Origin: a virus
Taxonomy: Duplodnaviria; Caudoviricetes
Virus record (IMG/VR): IMGVR_UViG_3300048577_000445
Location: 1 to 37,610 of that record
DNA length: 37,610 nucleotides
Direction: 5' to 3' (one strand)
The translations under genes and the position numbers were made by a program. The notes under the pieces were generated by a model, which was given only the letters and a program-made list of their open reading frames with translations, was not told the origin of the DNA and made no database searches. This document shows, one piece after another, positions 24,768 through 35,445 of the stretch. Each line of letters starts with the position of its first letter. Within the stretch, counting starts at the first letter, position 1.

Positions 24768-27700
24768 GCGACCTGCGCGCCCGGCTGCGGATCGATGGCG
24801 ACGCCCGCGGGGCCGTTCAGGCGGCCCAGGCGGCCGGCGGCGCCCTGGAAGGCGTCGGCGCCAAGGGCCGCGTGGCGCAAGGGGGCCTCGCCAACGCCGC
24901 GGCCGGCGCCGATCAGTTCGGCCGATCGGCAGGCGTCGCCCGCACGGCGGCGGCTGGCCTGGCCACAGCGCTCGCCACCGTCGGCTTCCGGGAGCTTGCC
25001 CAGGAGATGACCGACGCGGCCCTGAAGGCCCAGGGCTTCCAGACCGGTCTGTCGGCCGTCGCCGGCGGGGCGGCGGGCGCTGCGTCCGAGACCGCCTTCC
25101 TGCGATCGGAATCCGAACGGCTGGGCCTGGTGGTCAACGACCAGGTCGGGCGCTTCATGTCCCTGGCCGGCGCCACCAACGGCACGGCCCTGGCGGGCGA
25201 GGCGACCCGCGAGATCTGGCTGGGCCTGGTGGAGGCGGGGGTGGCCCTGAACCGCTCGGCCGAGCAGCAGGGCCGGGCCATGGATGCGGTCAGCCAGATC
25301 GCGTCCAAGGGCGTGGTGGCCATGGAGGAGGTGCGCGGCCAGCTGGCCGAGGCCATCCCCGGCGCGACCCAGATCGCCGCCCGGGCCATGGGCATGACGT
25401 CGGGCGCCTTCATCGAGCTGGTGTCGTCGGGCGAGCTGCTGGCGCAGGACTTCCTGCCGAAGTTCGCCGCCCAGCTGCGCAGCGAGTTCGGGCCGGCCAT
25501 TGAGGCCCAGATGATCACGCCGCTGGGCCAGGCCCGGCGTGAGATGGCCGCCACGGCCACGGCGGTGTTCGACCTGAACGCGGCCGCCGGCGAAGGCTTC
25601 CTGGCGGCCGCCGTCGAGGGCATGGCCGCCTTCAACGCCGAGCTGCAGGATCCTGCGACCCTGGACGCCGCCCGGGTGCTGGGCGAGACCATGGGCGCCG
25701 CCTTCGGTTCGGCCGCCGAGGCCGCCGCCTTCCTGGTGGACCATATCGAGGCCGTCGCCTTCGCCGCCGGCGCCCTGACGACAGTGGCCCTGGCCAACTA
25801 TCTGGCTGGCGTTACGACGCGCGCGATCGATGCGGCCGCCACCATGCGGGCCAAGGCCCTGGCCACCCAGGCGGCCGCGGCGGCCAATGTCGCCGCGATC
25901 CAGGCGGAGATCCGCACCTCCGCGGCCATGCTGGCCAGCACCACCCAGACCCAGCGCCTGACGGCGGCGAAGGCTCAACTGGCCGCCGCGACCCGGGCCG
26001 CGACCCCGGCCATGCTGGGTTTCAACGCCGCCGCCTCTGGCCTGGTGGGCTTGATGGGCGGCCCTTGGGGCATCGCTTTCACCGCCGCCGCCGCAGGGGC
26101 GATGTTGCTAGGCGGCCGGATGGCCGATGCTGAGCGGCGGGCGACCGAGCTTCAAGCCGGACTCGATTTGGTCGATGTGATCGCCCAGGAGACCGCCGAC
26201 AGCGCAGACCTCCTTTCGGGCGGCCTTGACGACTTGGCGGCTGCGTCGCGTCGCGCGGAGATCGCAGCTCGTAACCACGCCAGTGCTGAGGCTGAGCGCC
26301 GCAAGGAAACGCTGGCGACGGCGCTGGCCATCGCCCGCCAGGAACTCGCCGACGCCAAAGGCCGGGCGCACCTCAGGAACGCTGCAACCTCGGCCCTGGC
26401 CGAAGGACCGAACCGCGTCGACCAGTTCGAGATCATGCAGTCGGCCGGCGCGAAGGATGTCGCGCAGTGGCAGGCGCGAGTGGACGCGCTCAACGAGGAC
26501 TACCTCGAGCTGGCGGTCAAAGGCTCGGGCCAGGGTCGCCGGGGTGGCTCAGGTACGCCGCAAGGCGGCGGCTTCGCGGGTGGCGCAGCCCGCCCGGCGC
26601 CTGCCAACGCCGCCGCCGCAGGCGAAGGCAGCAGCGCTGGCGGCCGGGCCGACCGTGACGCCGATCGCCGGCTGGAGCGCGCCAAGGACATCGCCGACCA
26701 GCTGCGCCTGGAGACCCAGCTCCTGCAGGAGCGGGCCGCCGCCGCCGTCCAGGGGGAAGAAGCCCTGGAAGCCCTGGCCGTGCGCGAGGCCGGCCTCAAT
26801 GTGCTGCGCGACCTCGGGGTCACGAGCCTGGACGCCCTGAGCGGCGCCGAGCGCGAGGCCGCCGCCGCCGCCATCGCCGCGGCCGAGGGGGCCGAGCGCC
26901 AGGCCATCGCCACCGACAAGGTCATGCGGGTGGCCGGCGCCACCCGGGACCTGGACCGCCGCACCGCCGCCGAGCGGGCGCGCACCGCCGCCATCGAGGG
27001 CGGGACCAAGGCCCTGCTGGCCTGGGAGAAGGAAGAGTTCGTCCGCCAGGAGCTGGAGCGTGAAGGGGCCACCCTGACCGCCGAGCAGATCGCTCTGCTG
27101 CGCCAGAAGGCCGAGCTGCTGTTCGACGCTCGGGTGCTGGGCGACCTGGCCGCGGCCAACGAAGAGCGTCAACGTGAGCTCGACCTGGCGCGGATGACCA
27201 ACCGCGAGCGGGAGATCGAGCAGCGGGCTCTGGAGATCCGCCGCCGGCATCAGATCGAGTTCAACGGGCTGACCGAGGAAGAGGCCGAGATCCGCGCCCG
27301 CATCCTGGCCCTGCGCGAGCTTGAGGAAGACGAGACCGCCCAGGCCATCGGTTCACTGAAGGAGGGCCTGCGCGCAGCCTTCATCGAGTCCGGCGAACTG
27401 GGGTTCGATCAGATCGCCGACTATGCCGAACGCAAGCTGCGGGAGGCGGTCTACGACGCAGTGCTGGCGGAGCCCATCGACGTCATCATCAACGCCGTGG
27501 TGGGCCAGGTCAGCGGTCTCGGCCAGGCGATTGGCGGCCTGAAGGGCTCTGGGCTCGCCCAGATATTGGGTCAGACTATTGCCGGCCAGTCGATTGGCTC
27601 GGCCATCGGCCAGTCCATGGGCTTGGGCAGTGGCAAGCAGGGCCTCGACCTTGGCCTGTCAAGCGCAGGCGCCGTGGCCGGCAGCGCCCTGGCCGCCAGC

Positions 27701-29509
27701 TCGGCGGCTGGGTGGATCGGGGCGGGCGTCGCCAACACCGCCAGCGCCCTTGGGTTGGGCGCGGGTCTGGCCGGCGGCCTTGGGTCCATGATGATGAGCG
27801 CGGCTGTGCTGGGGCCCCTTGGCGCCATCGCGGGATTGGCTCTGGGCTCTCTCTTCAAGGACGATCAGCGACCCTACGCCCGGGCGGATATCGGCGTAGT
27901 GGACGGCCAGTTCGCCGTCACTGGCGGTCAGGAGCTGGACCAGGGCCCCCTGTCGGAGATGCAGCAGGCGGCCGGGGCGATCAGTCAGAGCCTCAACGCG
28001 GCGGCCGAGCTCTTCAAGCTGGACCTCACCAAATTCAACGGGCCCACGTCCATCGGCTACGTCCAGGGCAAGAACACAGGCGCTCTGGGGCAGGGCTACT
28101 TCGGTGGGATGGGTGGCGGCTTTGCGACCGGCGCGCAGTTCTCTGGCCGCCAAGACCCGGAGACCCTGGCCGCCGAAATCGTGCGAGCGACCATCATCCG
28201 GGCCATCGAGGCCGGCGCATCGGACCTGTCGGAGGCCGAGAAGCGTGTGGTGCTCGAGGCGCAGAACCTCGAAGACGCCGCCAATAAGATCGCCCTTGGG
28301 CGCAGCCTCGCCGAGTCCATCGACGAAGCTATCCTGCAGATCACCGACCCGGCCACCTTCGAGCGCAAGAAGGCCCTGGACGCCATCGAGGAGAGCTATC
28401 AGGCGCTGAAGGCCCAGGCCGAGGAGCTGGTGGCGGCCGGTCTCGTGTCTGGCGATGTGCTGGGCAAGCTCGAAGATCTGCGGGACCTGCAGATCGAAGA
28501 CGCCCTGGCGCGCCTGGGTGAGGCGGCCGAGGAGGCCAGCGACGCCCTGGAGCGGGCCGCCGGCCTGCAGGGCTCCATCCAGGGCCGCATCCTCGAGCTG
28601 GTCGATCCGCAGGCCGCCCGGGCCAGCAAGGTGGAGGCCGAGATCGCCGCCATGCGCGCCGAGGCCGAGTCCCTCATCGCTCAGGGCGCCCTGGGACCCG
28701 ATGTCCTGCAGCAGCTTGAGGTTCTGCGCCAGCTGGAGCTGGCCAACGCCTTTGGCGAACTGGACGCGGCGCTGGGCAAGACCACCGACGCCTTCGCCCA
28801 GCTGCGCCCGCGCCTGCAGTCCTGGCTCGACCAGCTGGGTCTGTCGCCCTCGGCCGAGCTGTCGCCCCAGGCCCAGCGGGATGAGGCGCTCCGCCAATAT
28901 CAACAGATGGTGGCCGCCGCCCGGGGCGGCGACGCCGAGGCGGCCGGGAACTACACCGCCTATGCCGACCGCCTGCTGTCGGCCGACCGGGACGCAACCC
29001 TGTCGGCCCAGGACCGCCTGGCGCTCTACAATCAGGTCCGCGCCGATGGCGAAGCCCTGATGGGCATGAGCGGGGCGGCGGCTGCGGCCCCGCGCACCGC
29101 CATCGCCGGCATGGAGCAGCTGCAGCTGCTGCTGACCCAGATCTCGTTCAATACCGAGCCCCTGGCGCTGGGCGCGGCCAATGACGAAACCGCCCAGCCG
29201 GTCACCCTGATCAATCTGCCGGCCCTGGGCAGCCTCTATGCCGAGGCCCTGTCGCCGCAGACCGACCGCCATCTGGCGGCCCTGACAGACCTGCGCTCTG
29301 CGATCATCGATGTCCTCGATCGCCATCACGGGGCGCTCACCGTGGAATTGAAGGCCCTTCGAAGCGCGGCCGAGATCCTGCCCGCGGTGCTGGACGAGCG
29401 CCTGGGCGGGGTCGAGGCGGCCCTGGGCGGCCTGGCGGCCCAGACCCTCGAGCTGGCCACCGAGCAGCGCCTGGGCAACGCCCATCTGCGCGCCGTGGTG
29501 AGCCGATGA
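24764..29509 (+). CDS. Tail tape measure protein
   Basis: 1581 aa Ala-rich helical; QIASKGVVAMEEVRGQLAEAIPGA tape-measure motif, GGPWG; ATG 24764 coupled. Confidence 0.93.
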   Translation: MSDLRARLRIDGDARGAVQAAQAAGGALEGVGAKGRVAQGGLANAAAGADQFGRSAGVARTAAAGLATALATVGFRELAQEMTDAALKAQGFQTGLSAVAGGAAGAASETAFLRSESERLGLVVNDQVGRFMSLAGATNGTALAGEATREIWLGLVEAGVALNRSAEQQGRAMDAVSQIASKGVVAMEEVRGQLAEAIPGATQIAARAMGMTSGAFIELVSSGELLAQDFLPKFAAQLRSEFGPAIEAQMITPLGQARREMAATATAVFDLNAAAGEGFLAAAVEGMAAFNAELQDPATLDAARVLGETMGAAFGSAAEAAAFLVDHIEAVAFAAGALTTVALANYLAGVTTRAIDAAATMRAKALATQAAAAANVAAIQAEIRTSAAMLASTTQTQRLTAAKAQLAAATRAATPAMLGFNAAASGLVGLMGGPWGIAFTAAAAGAMLLGGRMADAERRATELQAGLDLVDVIAQETADSADLLSGGLDDLAAASRRAEIAARNHASAEAERRKETLATALAIARQELADAKGRAHLRNAATSALAEGPNRVDQFEIMQSAGAKDVAQWQARVDALNEDYLELAVKGSGQGRRGGSGTPQGGGFAGGAARPAPANAAAAGEGSSAGGRADRDADRRLERAKDIADQLRLETQLLQERAAAAVQGEEALEALAVREAGLNVLRDLGVTSLDALSGAEREAAAAAIAAAEGAERQAIATDKVMRVAGATRDLDRRTAAERARTAAIEGGTKALLAWEKEEFVRQELEREGATLTAEQIALLRQKAELLFDARVLGDLAAANEERQRELDLARMTNREREIEQRALEIRRRHQIEFNGLTEEEAEIRARILALRELEEDETAQAIGSLKEGLRAAFIESGELGFDQIADYAERKLREAVYDAVLAEPIDVIINAVVGQVSGLGQAIGGLKGSGLAQILGQTIAGQSIGSAIGQSMGLGSGKQGLDLGLSSAGAVAGSALAASSAAGWIGAGVANTASALGLGAGLAGGLGSMMMSAAVLGPLGAIAGLALGSLFKDDQRPYARADIGVVDGQFAVTGGQELDQGPLSEMQQAAGAISQSLNAAAELFKLDLTKFNGPTSIGYVQGKNTGALGQGYFGGMGGGFATGAQFSGRQDPETLAAEIVRATIIRAIEAGASDLSEAEKRVVLEAQNLEDAANKIALGRSLAESIDEAILQITDPATFERKKALDAIEESYQALKAQAEELVAAGLVSGDVLGKLEDLRDLQIEDALARLGEAAEEASDALERAAGLQGSIQGRILELVDPQAARASKVEAEIAAMRAEAESLIAQGALGPDVLQQLEVLRQLELANAFGELDAALGKTTDAFAQLRPRLQSWLDQLGLSPSAELSPQAQRDEALRQYQQMVAAARGGDAEAAGNYTAYADRLLSADRDATLSAQDRLALYNQVRADGEALMGMSGAAAAAPRTAIAGMEQLQLLLTQISFNTEPLALGAANDETAQPVTLINLPALGSLYAEALSPQTDRHLAALTDLRSAIIDVLDRHHGALTVELKALRSAAEILPAVLDERLGGVEAALGGLAAQTLELATEQRLGNAHLRAVVSR

Positions 29510-31068
29510 GCCCGCTCGCCGCCATCCTGGTCGAGGCCGACCTCGTCTCGCCGGAGGGTCAGCCGCTGACTCTGCGGTTCGCCGATCGGGCGGTGCGGCC
29601 CTTCCCGCCGGGCGACAGCCTGCGGGCCAACGCCGCCTGGGATGACCGGTTGATCGAGCCGCCGACCCTGCGGCGCGCCCTGTTCGAAGACCTGGCCAGC
29701 CTGTCGCCCTCCCTGGGCGTGGGCGTCATGACCCTGGCCAATGGCGACCGCCGGCTTGATCCCTACGCCGCCTATAGCTGGGGCCAGGTGCGGGTGTGGC
29801 GCTGGCCGGTGGGCGAGGACTTCGCCGCCGCCGTCCAGATCTTCACCGGCGAGGCCTTGCCGCCGGCCTTCGGCCTGTCCTCCACCGCCCCGTCGCGGGT
29901 CAGGGTCGGGCTGGTCGACGCCCGCGCCGAGCTGGACCGCCCCGCGCAGGGCGTCACCTATGCCGGGACCAATGGTTCGGCTGGCGTGCTCTACGAGGGC
30001 GCGCCCGGCGGGCTGAAGGGCCGCGCCAAGCCGCTGGCCTTCGGCGACCTCACCGACGCCCATGTGCCCGGCGCCCAGGTTAATGCCGGGGCCGGCGTCC
30101 ACCAGCTGCACGACGGGCCCGTCGCCGGCTACGAGCAGATCTTCGACCGGGGCGGCCCGGCTGGCTATCTGGACGAGGGCGACCTGGCCGGCGGGGCCTT
30201 CGACGCGGCCCTGCCGGCGGCGGCCAGCTATGTCACCGACCACGGGCGCGGACTTCTGAAGCTCAACGGCGCCCCCGTCGGCGCGCTCACCTTCGGCCTG
30301 AAGGGCTGCGCGGCCGGCGGCTATGTCGAGACCGCAGGCCCGATCCTGGCCCGCCTGCTGGCCCGTGCCGGCGTGCCCGCCGAGCGCATTGGCGACAGCG
30401 TCGGGGAGCTGGCCTCCACCGCCGTCATTGGCCTCTGGGATGGCCAGGGCGATCTCGCAGCCTCTCTGGCCGGGCAGGTTGCGCGCAGCGCCCTCGCGGC
30501 CTTGCTGCCTGACCGGACTGGCGCGTGGCAGGCGATCAGCTTCGGCCCGCCGGCGGCGGTCGAGGTCCTGACGCTCGGTCCCGACCAGGTGGTGGCCATC
30601 TCGGCCGATGACTCCGCCCCGCTGCCGGCGGCCGAGGTGAAGGTGGGCTGGGGCCGGATCTACACCCCCCTGGCGGCGGGCGATCTGGCGCCGGCCCTGC
30701 GCGACACGCCGGCCGCCGAGGCCCTTGCCCAGGAATACAGGTTCGCCATCGCCATCGACCCCGAGGTCAAGGCTCGCCGGCCGTCCACTTGGCGCACGGC
30801 CGAGGTGCTGACCGCCCTGCGCCATGAGGCCGACGCCCAGGCCCTGGCCGCCGCCCTGCTTGCCCTCTTCGGGGCCCGGGCCGACGGTCGGCCGCGCCGG
30901 CAGTTCCGAGTTGTGCTGGACCTCGACGACGCCATCCTGGCGACGACCCTGGGCGCGACGGTGCGCCTGGCCCTGCCAGACATGGGCTTGGATGAGCGGA
31001 TGGTGCTGATCGGCGAGGAGCCCTTCAGGCCGGCGCGCGACCGCATCACCTGGACGGTGTGGGGCTGA
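29506..31068 (+). CDS. Tail tip/hub structural protein
   Basis: 520 aa after tape measure; YAGTNG, LKGRAKPLAFG motifs; coupled. Confidence 0.7.
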   Translation: MSPLAAILVEADLVSPEGQPLTLRFADRAVRPFPPGDSLRANAAWDDRLIEPPTLRRALFEDLASLSPSLGVGVMTLANGDRRLDPYAAYSWGQVRVWRWPVGEDFAAAVQIFTGEALPPAFGLSSTAPSRVRVGLVDARAELDRPAQGVTYAGTNGSAGVLYEGAPGGLKGRAKPLAFGDLTDAHVPGAQVNAGAGVHQLHDGPVAGYEQIFDRGGPAGYLDEGDLAGGAFDAALPAAASYVTDHGRGLLKLNGAPVGALTFGLKGCAAGGYVETAGPILARLLARAGVPAERIGDSVGELASTAVIGLWDGQGDLAASLAGQVARSALAALLPDRTGAWQAISFGPPAAVEVLTLGPDQVVAISADDSAPLPAAEVKVGWGRIYTPLAAGDLAPALRDTPAAEALAQEYRFAIAIDPEVKARRPSTWRTAEVLTALRHEADAQALAAALLALFGARADGRPRRQFRVVLDLDDAILATTLGATVRLALPDMGLDERMVLIGEEPFRPARDRITWTVWG

Positions 31069-31070
31069 CC

Positions 31071-31952
31071 ATGACGCAGACCACAGGGGCGCTCGGCAAG
31101 TTCTGCGACACCAACCTGGCCCGCACCGCGGTGCTGGCCGGCGGCCAGTGGTCCACCGACTTCCCGCTCACCAACATGCAGACCGAAGAGGCCTTCATCG
31201 CCGCGCCGGCGCGGCAGATGGAGGTGGATGACCTCGAAGCCTGCCAGTTCACCGCCACCCTGGTGACCCCGCGGGTCATCAGTCTGGTGGCGGTGATGTT
31301 CCACACGCTGAGCCTGACCGCTCGCTATCGGCTGACTGTGCGCGGGCCAGGTGAGGGTTGGGAGAATCCGGGCCTGCAGACGCCCTGGACGGACGTCTAT
31401 GGCCGCCTGTTCGACTCCGAGGCCCTCGACTGGGAAGCCACCAACTGGTGGACCGGTCAGCTGACGGCCGAGGAGATCGACCTCTATCAGCGCCATCTCT
31501 GGATCACCCCGCCGCCGGTCCTGGGCGCGGAGCTGCGCCTGGAGTTCGCCGACGCCACCAATCCGGACGGCTTCTTCGACATCGGCGGCCTGTTCATCGG
31601 CTCGACCTGGTCGCCCACCTTCAACTTCGACCGCGGGCGCTCGCTCGCCCTCTTGCCCCGCGATCAGATCGAGGAGGGCCCCTCGGGCCGGCTGTTTGGC
31701 GAGTCCCGCACGCCGCGGCGCCAGCTGAGCGTCGACTACAGCGCCCTGACCACCCCGGAGGCCTATCGCTGGTTAGACGCCGGCGCCCGGGCGCGGACCA
31801 CGGGCCTGGTGATCTTCATGCCCGACAGCGACCACGAGCCCACCCGGGTGCGGGAGACCTTCCCGGCCTGGTTCGAACGCCCCCCGGGTCCCCGCTTCAC
31901 CTATGAGCGCGCCCACGCCCTGGCGGCCGTCTTCAAGGAAGTTTTGGCATGA
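31071..31952 (+). CDS. Tail tip structural protein (distal-tail-like)
   Basis: Beta-rich, D..NPDGFF.IG.LFIG..W.P..N motif; tail-tip position. Confidence 0.65.
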   Translation: MTQTTGALGKFCDTNLARTAVLAGGQWSTDFPLTNMQTEEAFIAAPARQMEVDDLEACQFTATLVTPRVISLVAVMFHTLSLTARYRLTVRGPGEGWENPGLQTPWTDVYGRLFDSEALDWEATNWWTGQLTAEEIDLYQRHLWITPPPVLGAELRLEFADATNPDGFFDIGGLFIGSTWSPTFNFDRGRSLALLPRDQIEEGPSGRLFGESRTPRRQLSVDYSALTTPEAYRWLDAGARARTTGLVIFMPDSDHEPTRVRETFPAWFERPPGPRFTYERAHALAAVFKEVLA

Positions 31953-32275
31953 GCACCGCCCTCGAGCGCCTGGCGGCCGGCTACTACAATTCCGGCCTGA
32001 TCTCGCCCGCCAACCCCGGCGGCCTGGCCGGCAACGGCCATGTGACCAACTTCCCCGCCGCCGTGAACGACATCGGCGCGGTGGCCAGCGACATCGCGAA
32101 CGCCGTGAACCTGGTTCTGTCGGTCGAGGCCAACGCCCAGAGCGCCCGGGACGCCCGGGACGCCGCCATCGCCGCGGCCGAGGAGGCCGCGGGCTTCGCC
32201 GCCTCCATCGACCCCGCCCGGCTGGATCGCCTCGATCTCCAGTTCGACTTCCTCTTCTGCCTCGCCCAGTCCTGA
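31949..32275 (+). CDS. Hypothetical tail-associated protein
   Basis: 108 aa, ATGA-coupled, AGGA RBS, short coiled coil. Confidence 0.65.
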   Translation: MSTALERLAAGYYNSGLISPANPGGLAGNGHVTNFPAAVNDIGAVASDIANAVNLVLSVEANAQSARDARDAAIAAAEEAAGFAASIDPARLDRLDLQFDFLFCLAQS

Positions 32276-32287
32276 AGGCCGCCCCTT

Positions 32288-32719
32288 ATGCTCATCTCCA
32301 ACAAGATCGCCTATCCCACCAAGCTGGTGACGCGCTTCGCCCTCTGCACCGCCGCCAAGACCACCGAGAACGACGTGGCCAATGCGGTGCTGCTCTACAC
32401 GGTCCCGGCCGGCGCGCCGGCCCTGCTGACCCGGCTGATCGCCTCGCCGCAGGACGACGTGGCCACGGCCACCCGCCTGAAGCTCTATGGCGCCAAGGCC
32501 GCCGCGCCAGGCGACACCCGGATCATCATGCCAGCCCTGATGACGGCGGCCGCGGTCAACGAAACCTCGGCCGTCCCGCCGACGGAGTTCGCCATCGATG
32601 AGGAGCGACCCATAGCCTTCGAGGGCGGCGACCTGGTCTATGTGGCCCTGGGCGCGGAGCTGGCCAACGGCGTCGTCTTCTACGCCACCTTCCAGCTCTT
32701 CGAAGCCGAGCCCGCCTGA
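32288..32719 (+). CDS. Hypothetical beta-rich tail-associated protein
   Basis: 143 aa, strong GC3 bias, LLYTVPAG motif. Confidence 0.7.
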   Translation: MLISNKIAYPTKLVTRFALCTAAKTTENDVANAVLLYTVPAGAPALLTRLIASPQDDVATATRLKLYGAKAAAPGDTRIIMPALMTAAAVNETSAVPPTEFAIDEERPIAFEGGDLVYVALGAELANGVVFYATFQLFEAEPA

Positions 32720-33468
32720 TGCGGGTTCTGCCCACCTCTCGGCGCGTTGGTCGCCTCAATCCCAAGCCGGCGGCGCAGATTGGCGCTGCGCGCCTGCTGG
32801 GGCGGCAGTGGTGGTATGGCGGGACCGGCGTGGCCGGCGCCAGCCTCGAGTTCTCGCCGGTCGTGCCGGGCGGGACGCGGTGGTGCGCCGTCCGGCTGCT
32901 CGGCCCTGGCGGGCGCGCAGCAGTCGATCCAGGCGACTCCTTGACGGCCTGGCTGGGCGCGGGCGGAACCTTCGTCCGTAGGCTCGTACCCTTGCGGCCT
33001 GGCCAGCAACTGAGCCTGACAGTGGGGGGCCAAGGCAGCGCCCCGGCAGAGCCCTTCGACACGGTCATGGTCGTTGATGGCGCGGTGATCTGCAGGGCGG
33101 CCGGCGGCGGGCATGCCTCCGTCGGCGCGCACGGCGTGCCTGCGGCCGAGAGCGCCAGCATCGGCGATGTGATCCGACCCGGAGGCCCCGGTTGGGAGAC
33201 TGCCTACTACGGCGGCCGCGCCGGGAGCGACCTGGATGATCCCGACAGTCTGGGGCTGGGCGGGGTGCGGCGACAGGCGCGCAATCTCCCCGTGCCAGAG
33301 CCCTTTGCTGGGCAACTGGTGGTGGCCGACTACGGGGCGGGCGGCGTCGCCGGCGCAAACGGCGACACGGAATTCCACTGGTGGCCACCGGCCCCATCGG
33401 GCGGGAGCAACCAGGCCGGCGGCCCCGGCCAGGCCGTCCTCGAATTCTATGATCGGAGACCCTACTGA
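32719..33468 (+). CDS. Glycine-rich putative tail fibre-associated protein
   Basis: PGQQLSLTVGGQG, AAGGG, YGAGG, GGPGQAVLEF glycine-rich domain pattern. Confidence 0.65.
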   Translation: MRVLPTSRRVGRLNPKPAAQIGAARLLGRQWWYGGTGVAGASLEFSPVVPGGTRWCAVRLLGPGGRAAVDPGDSLTAWLGAGGTFVRRLVPLRPGQQLSLTVGGQGSAPAEPFDTVMVVDGAVICRAAGGGHASVGAHGVPAAESASIGDVIRPGGPGWETAYYGGRAGSDLDDPDSLGLGGVRRQARNLPVPEPFAGQLVVADYGAGGVAGANGDTEFHWWPPAPSGGSNQAGGPGQAVLEFYDRRPY

Positions 33469-33800
33469 TGGGCGTTGCGCGCAGGCCCCAGACCTATCTC
33501 GTCCTGACCTCGGCCGGCTGGTCGGAGTCGGTCGAGTTCTATCTGGGCGACATCGAAACCCCCGACGACGTGAGCGACATGGACCTTCGGCTGATGCTGA
33601 AACCGCCCCATGTCGCGGCCATCGACCTGTCCATCTACCTGTCGGCCGACGCCCATGTGGTCACCTGGACCATCCCGGAATCGGTCACCGAGACCTGGCC
33701 GGCCGGCGAGGCTACCCTTGAGCTCAACGTCCGCCCCGACGGCGACCTGGTCGACCGCCACACCTTCCTGGCCGCCGCCAAGATCCAGAAGGGGCTCTGA
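33468..33800 (+). CDS. Hypothetical beta-sandwich adaptor-like protein
   Basis: 110 aa, TGATG coupled, VTWTIP..VTETWP.G motif. Confidence 0.6.
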   Translation: MGVARRPQTYLVLTSAGWSESVEFYLGDIETPDDVSDMDLRLMLKPPHVAAIDLSIYLSADAHVVTWTIPESVTETWPAGEATLELNVRPDGDLVDRHTFLAAAKIQKGL

Positions 33801-33802
33801 GC

Positions 33803-34858
33803 ATGGCGACACAGGTCATTGTCACCACCTCGCCCGGCCAGCTGGTCGCCGAGGGCCGCACCGTGGTCATCGCCGGCGTCGAGGGGCCGCAAGGGGTCTC
33901 CTCCGGCAGCGTCGATGGCCCGACGGGGTCCGTGGACGGCCATGTGGCGGTCTTCGACGGGGTGCTCGGCACGCGGATCAAGGATGGCGGCTTCGCCCCG
34001 GAGAACGCCGCCCAGAAGGGCGTGGCCGGCGGCTATGCGGCCCTGGGTCTCGACGGCAAGGTGCCCACCAGCCAGCTGCCGGCCTCGGTGCTGGGCGGCC
34101 TCAACTATCAGGGTCCCTGGGACGCCTCGGCCAACCTGCCGGCCATCCCGGCCGCCGCTGCGGGGAACAAGGGCCACTACTACAAGGTGGCTGTCGCCGG
34201 TGAGAGCCTGGTCGATGGAACGGCCGACTGGCAGATGGGCGACTGGATCGTCTCCAACGGCCTGGCCTGGGACAAGATCGACAACACCGACCAGGTGGTC
34301 TCCGTGGTCGGCCTGCAGGGCGCAATCAGCCGGGCGGCCCTAAAGGCGGCGCTCGGCTACACCAAGGCCGATATCAGCCTGGCCAACGCCGACAACACCG
34401 CCGACCTGGACAAGCCGGTCTCCAACGCCGTGCGGGCCGAGCTGGATGTCCTGGGGCCGCTCTATCAAGAGAGCGTGGCCCTGACCCTCGACCTCGAGGA
34501 GAAGGTCATCGCCGCCCAGAGCCATGTGCTGGGGCCAGATGATGACCGGAAGCTGCTGGTCTTCACCAGCGATGAGCGGGCGGTCTGCTACGTCGACAGC
34601 CTGCCGGCCGGCTTCGTCTGCGGCGTCCTGATGGCCGGCGAAGCCCCCGTCGAGATCTGGCCCGGGCTCGAGGACGCCGGCGCGCCCGAGGGCTTCCTGG
34701 CCATCACCACCCGCTTCCGGTTCGGGACCATCCGCCGGCTCACCGCGACGCTCGCCGTCTTCCATGGCGGCGACGCCGTCCTGCCCGACGGCGCTCTCGA
34801 CCGCACCCTTTTCACCTATCCCGAGGCCAGCGGCATCGCCGCCCTCGTGCTGCTCTGA
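33803..34858 (+). CDS. Tail fibre/shaft-like protein
   Basis: KGVAGGYAALGLDGKVP.SQLP, YQGPWDAS.N.P...G.YY.V...GDW.VSNG..WDKIDN, ADNTADLDKPVS fibre motifs. Confidence 0.75.
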   Translation: MATQVIVTTSPGQLVAEGRTVVIAGVEGPQGVSSGSVDGPTGSVDGHVAVFDGVLGTRIKDGGFAPENAAQKGVAGGYAALGLDGKVPTSQLPASVLGGLNYQGPWDASANLPAIPAAAAGNKGHYYKVAVAGESLVDGTADWQMGDWIVSNGLAWDKIDNTDQVVSVVGLQGAISRAALKAALGYTKADISLANADNTADLDKPVSNAVRAELDVLGPLYQESVALTLDLEEKVIAAQSHVLGPDDDRKLLVFTSDERAVCYVDSLPAGFVCGVLMAGEAPVEIWPGLEDAGAPEGFLAITTRFRFGTIRRLTATLAVFHGGDAVLPDGALDRTLFTYPEASGIAALVLL

Positions 34859-34867
34859 GGAACCGCC

Positions 34868-35443
34868 ATGTCCCATATCGCCATGCAGACGCCGGAAGGT
34901 CTCAAGAAGGTCCGGGCCGCCGAAGGGCCGGACGAGATCGACACCCCCATCCACCATTCCGACCCGCGCTCGCTCACCTCGCTGAAGACCTGCCCCAACA
35001 GCGTGGCCAACTACGTCGCCGGCGACTTGATCGGCGAGGCGGCCAATGTGGTGCACGAGTTCGACATCGGCGCCCTGGGCTTCGAGAGCGTCCTGTTGAG
35101 CGGGGCCAAGCTGTCGCGCAAGGCCACCGCCGTCACGGCGCCCAGGTTCCGAGTGTGGATCCATGACGGTCCCCTGGTGACCCTGACCAATGCCGATGAT
35201 GCGGCCCATCCGCTGCTCTGGGCCAATGCGCTGACCCGGCGGGGCTGGATCGACTTCACCAGCCCGATCGCCGGCGACGCCGCGGGTGGCGACCAGCTCG
35301 AATATCTGGGCGTGGTCTCCAACCAGCAGGGCCTCACCCTGCGCCCGGCCGACGGGATCATCCGGGCTCTGGTGACCACCCGCGATGCCTATGCCCGGGT
35401 GGCGCTCGAAGCCTTCCTGCTGCAGCTCGACCTGGTCGCCTGA
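34868..35443 (+). CDS. Hypothetical virion-associated protein
   Basis: 191 aa, GAGGA RBS, YVAGDLIG motif, beta-rich. Confidence 0.65.
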   Translation: MSHIAMQTPEGLKKVRAAEGPDEIDTPIHHSDPRSLTSLKTCPNSVANYVAGDLIGEAANVVHEFDIGALGFESVLLSGAKLSRKATAVTAPRFRVWIHDGPLVTLTNADDAAHPLLWANALTRRGWIDFTSPIAGDAAGGDQLEYLGVVSNQQGLTLRPADGIIRALVTTRDAYARVALEAFLLQLDLVA

Positions 35444-35445
35444 CC

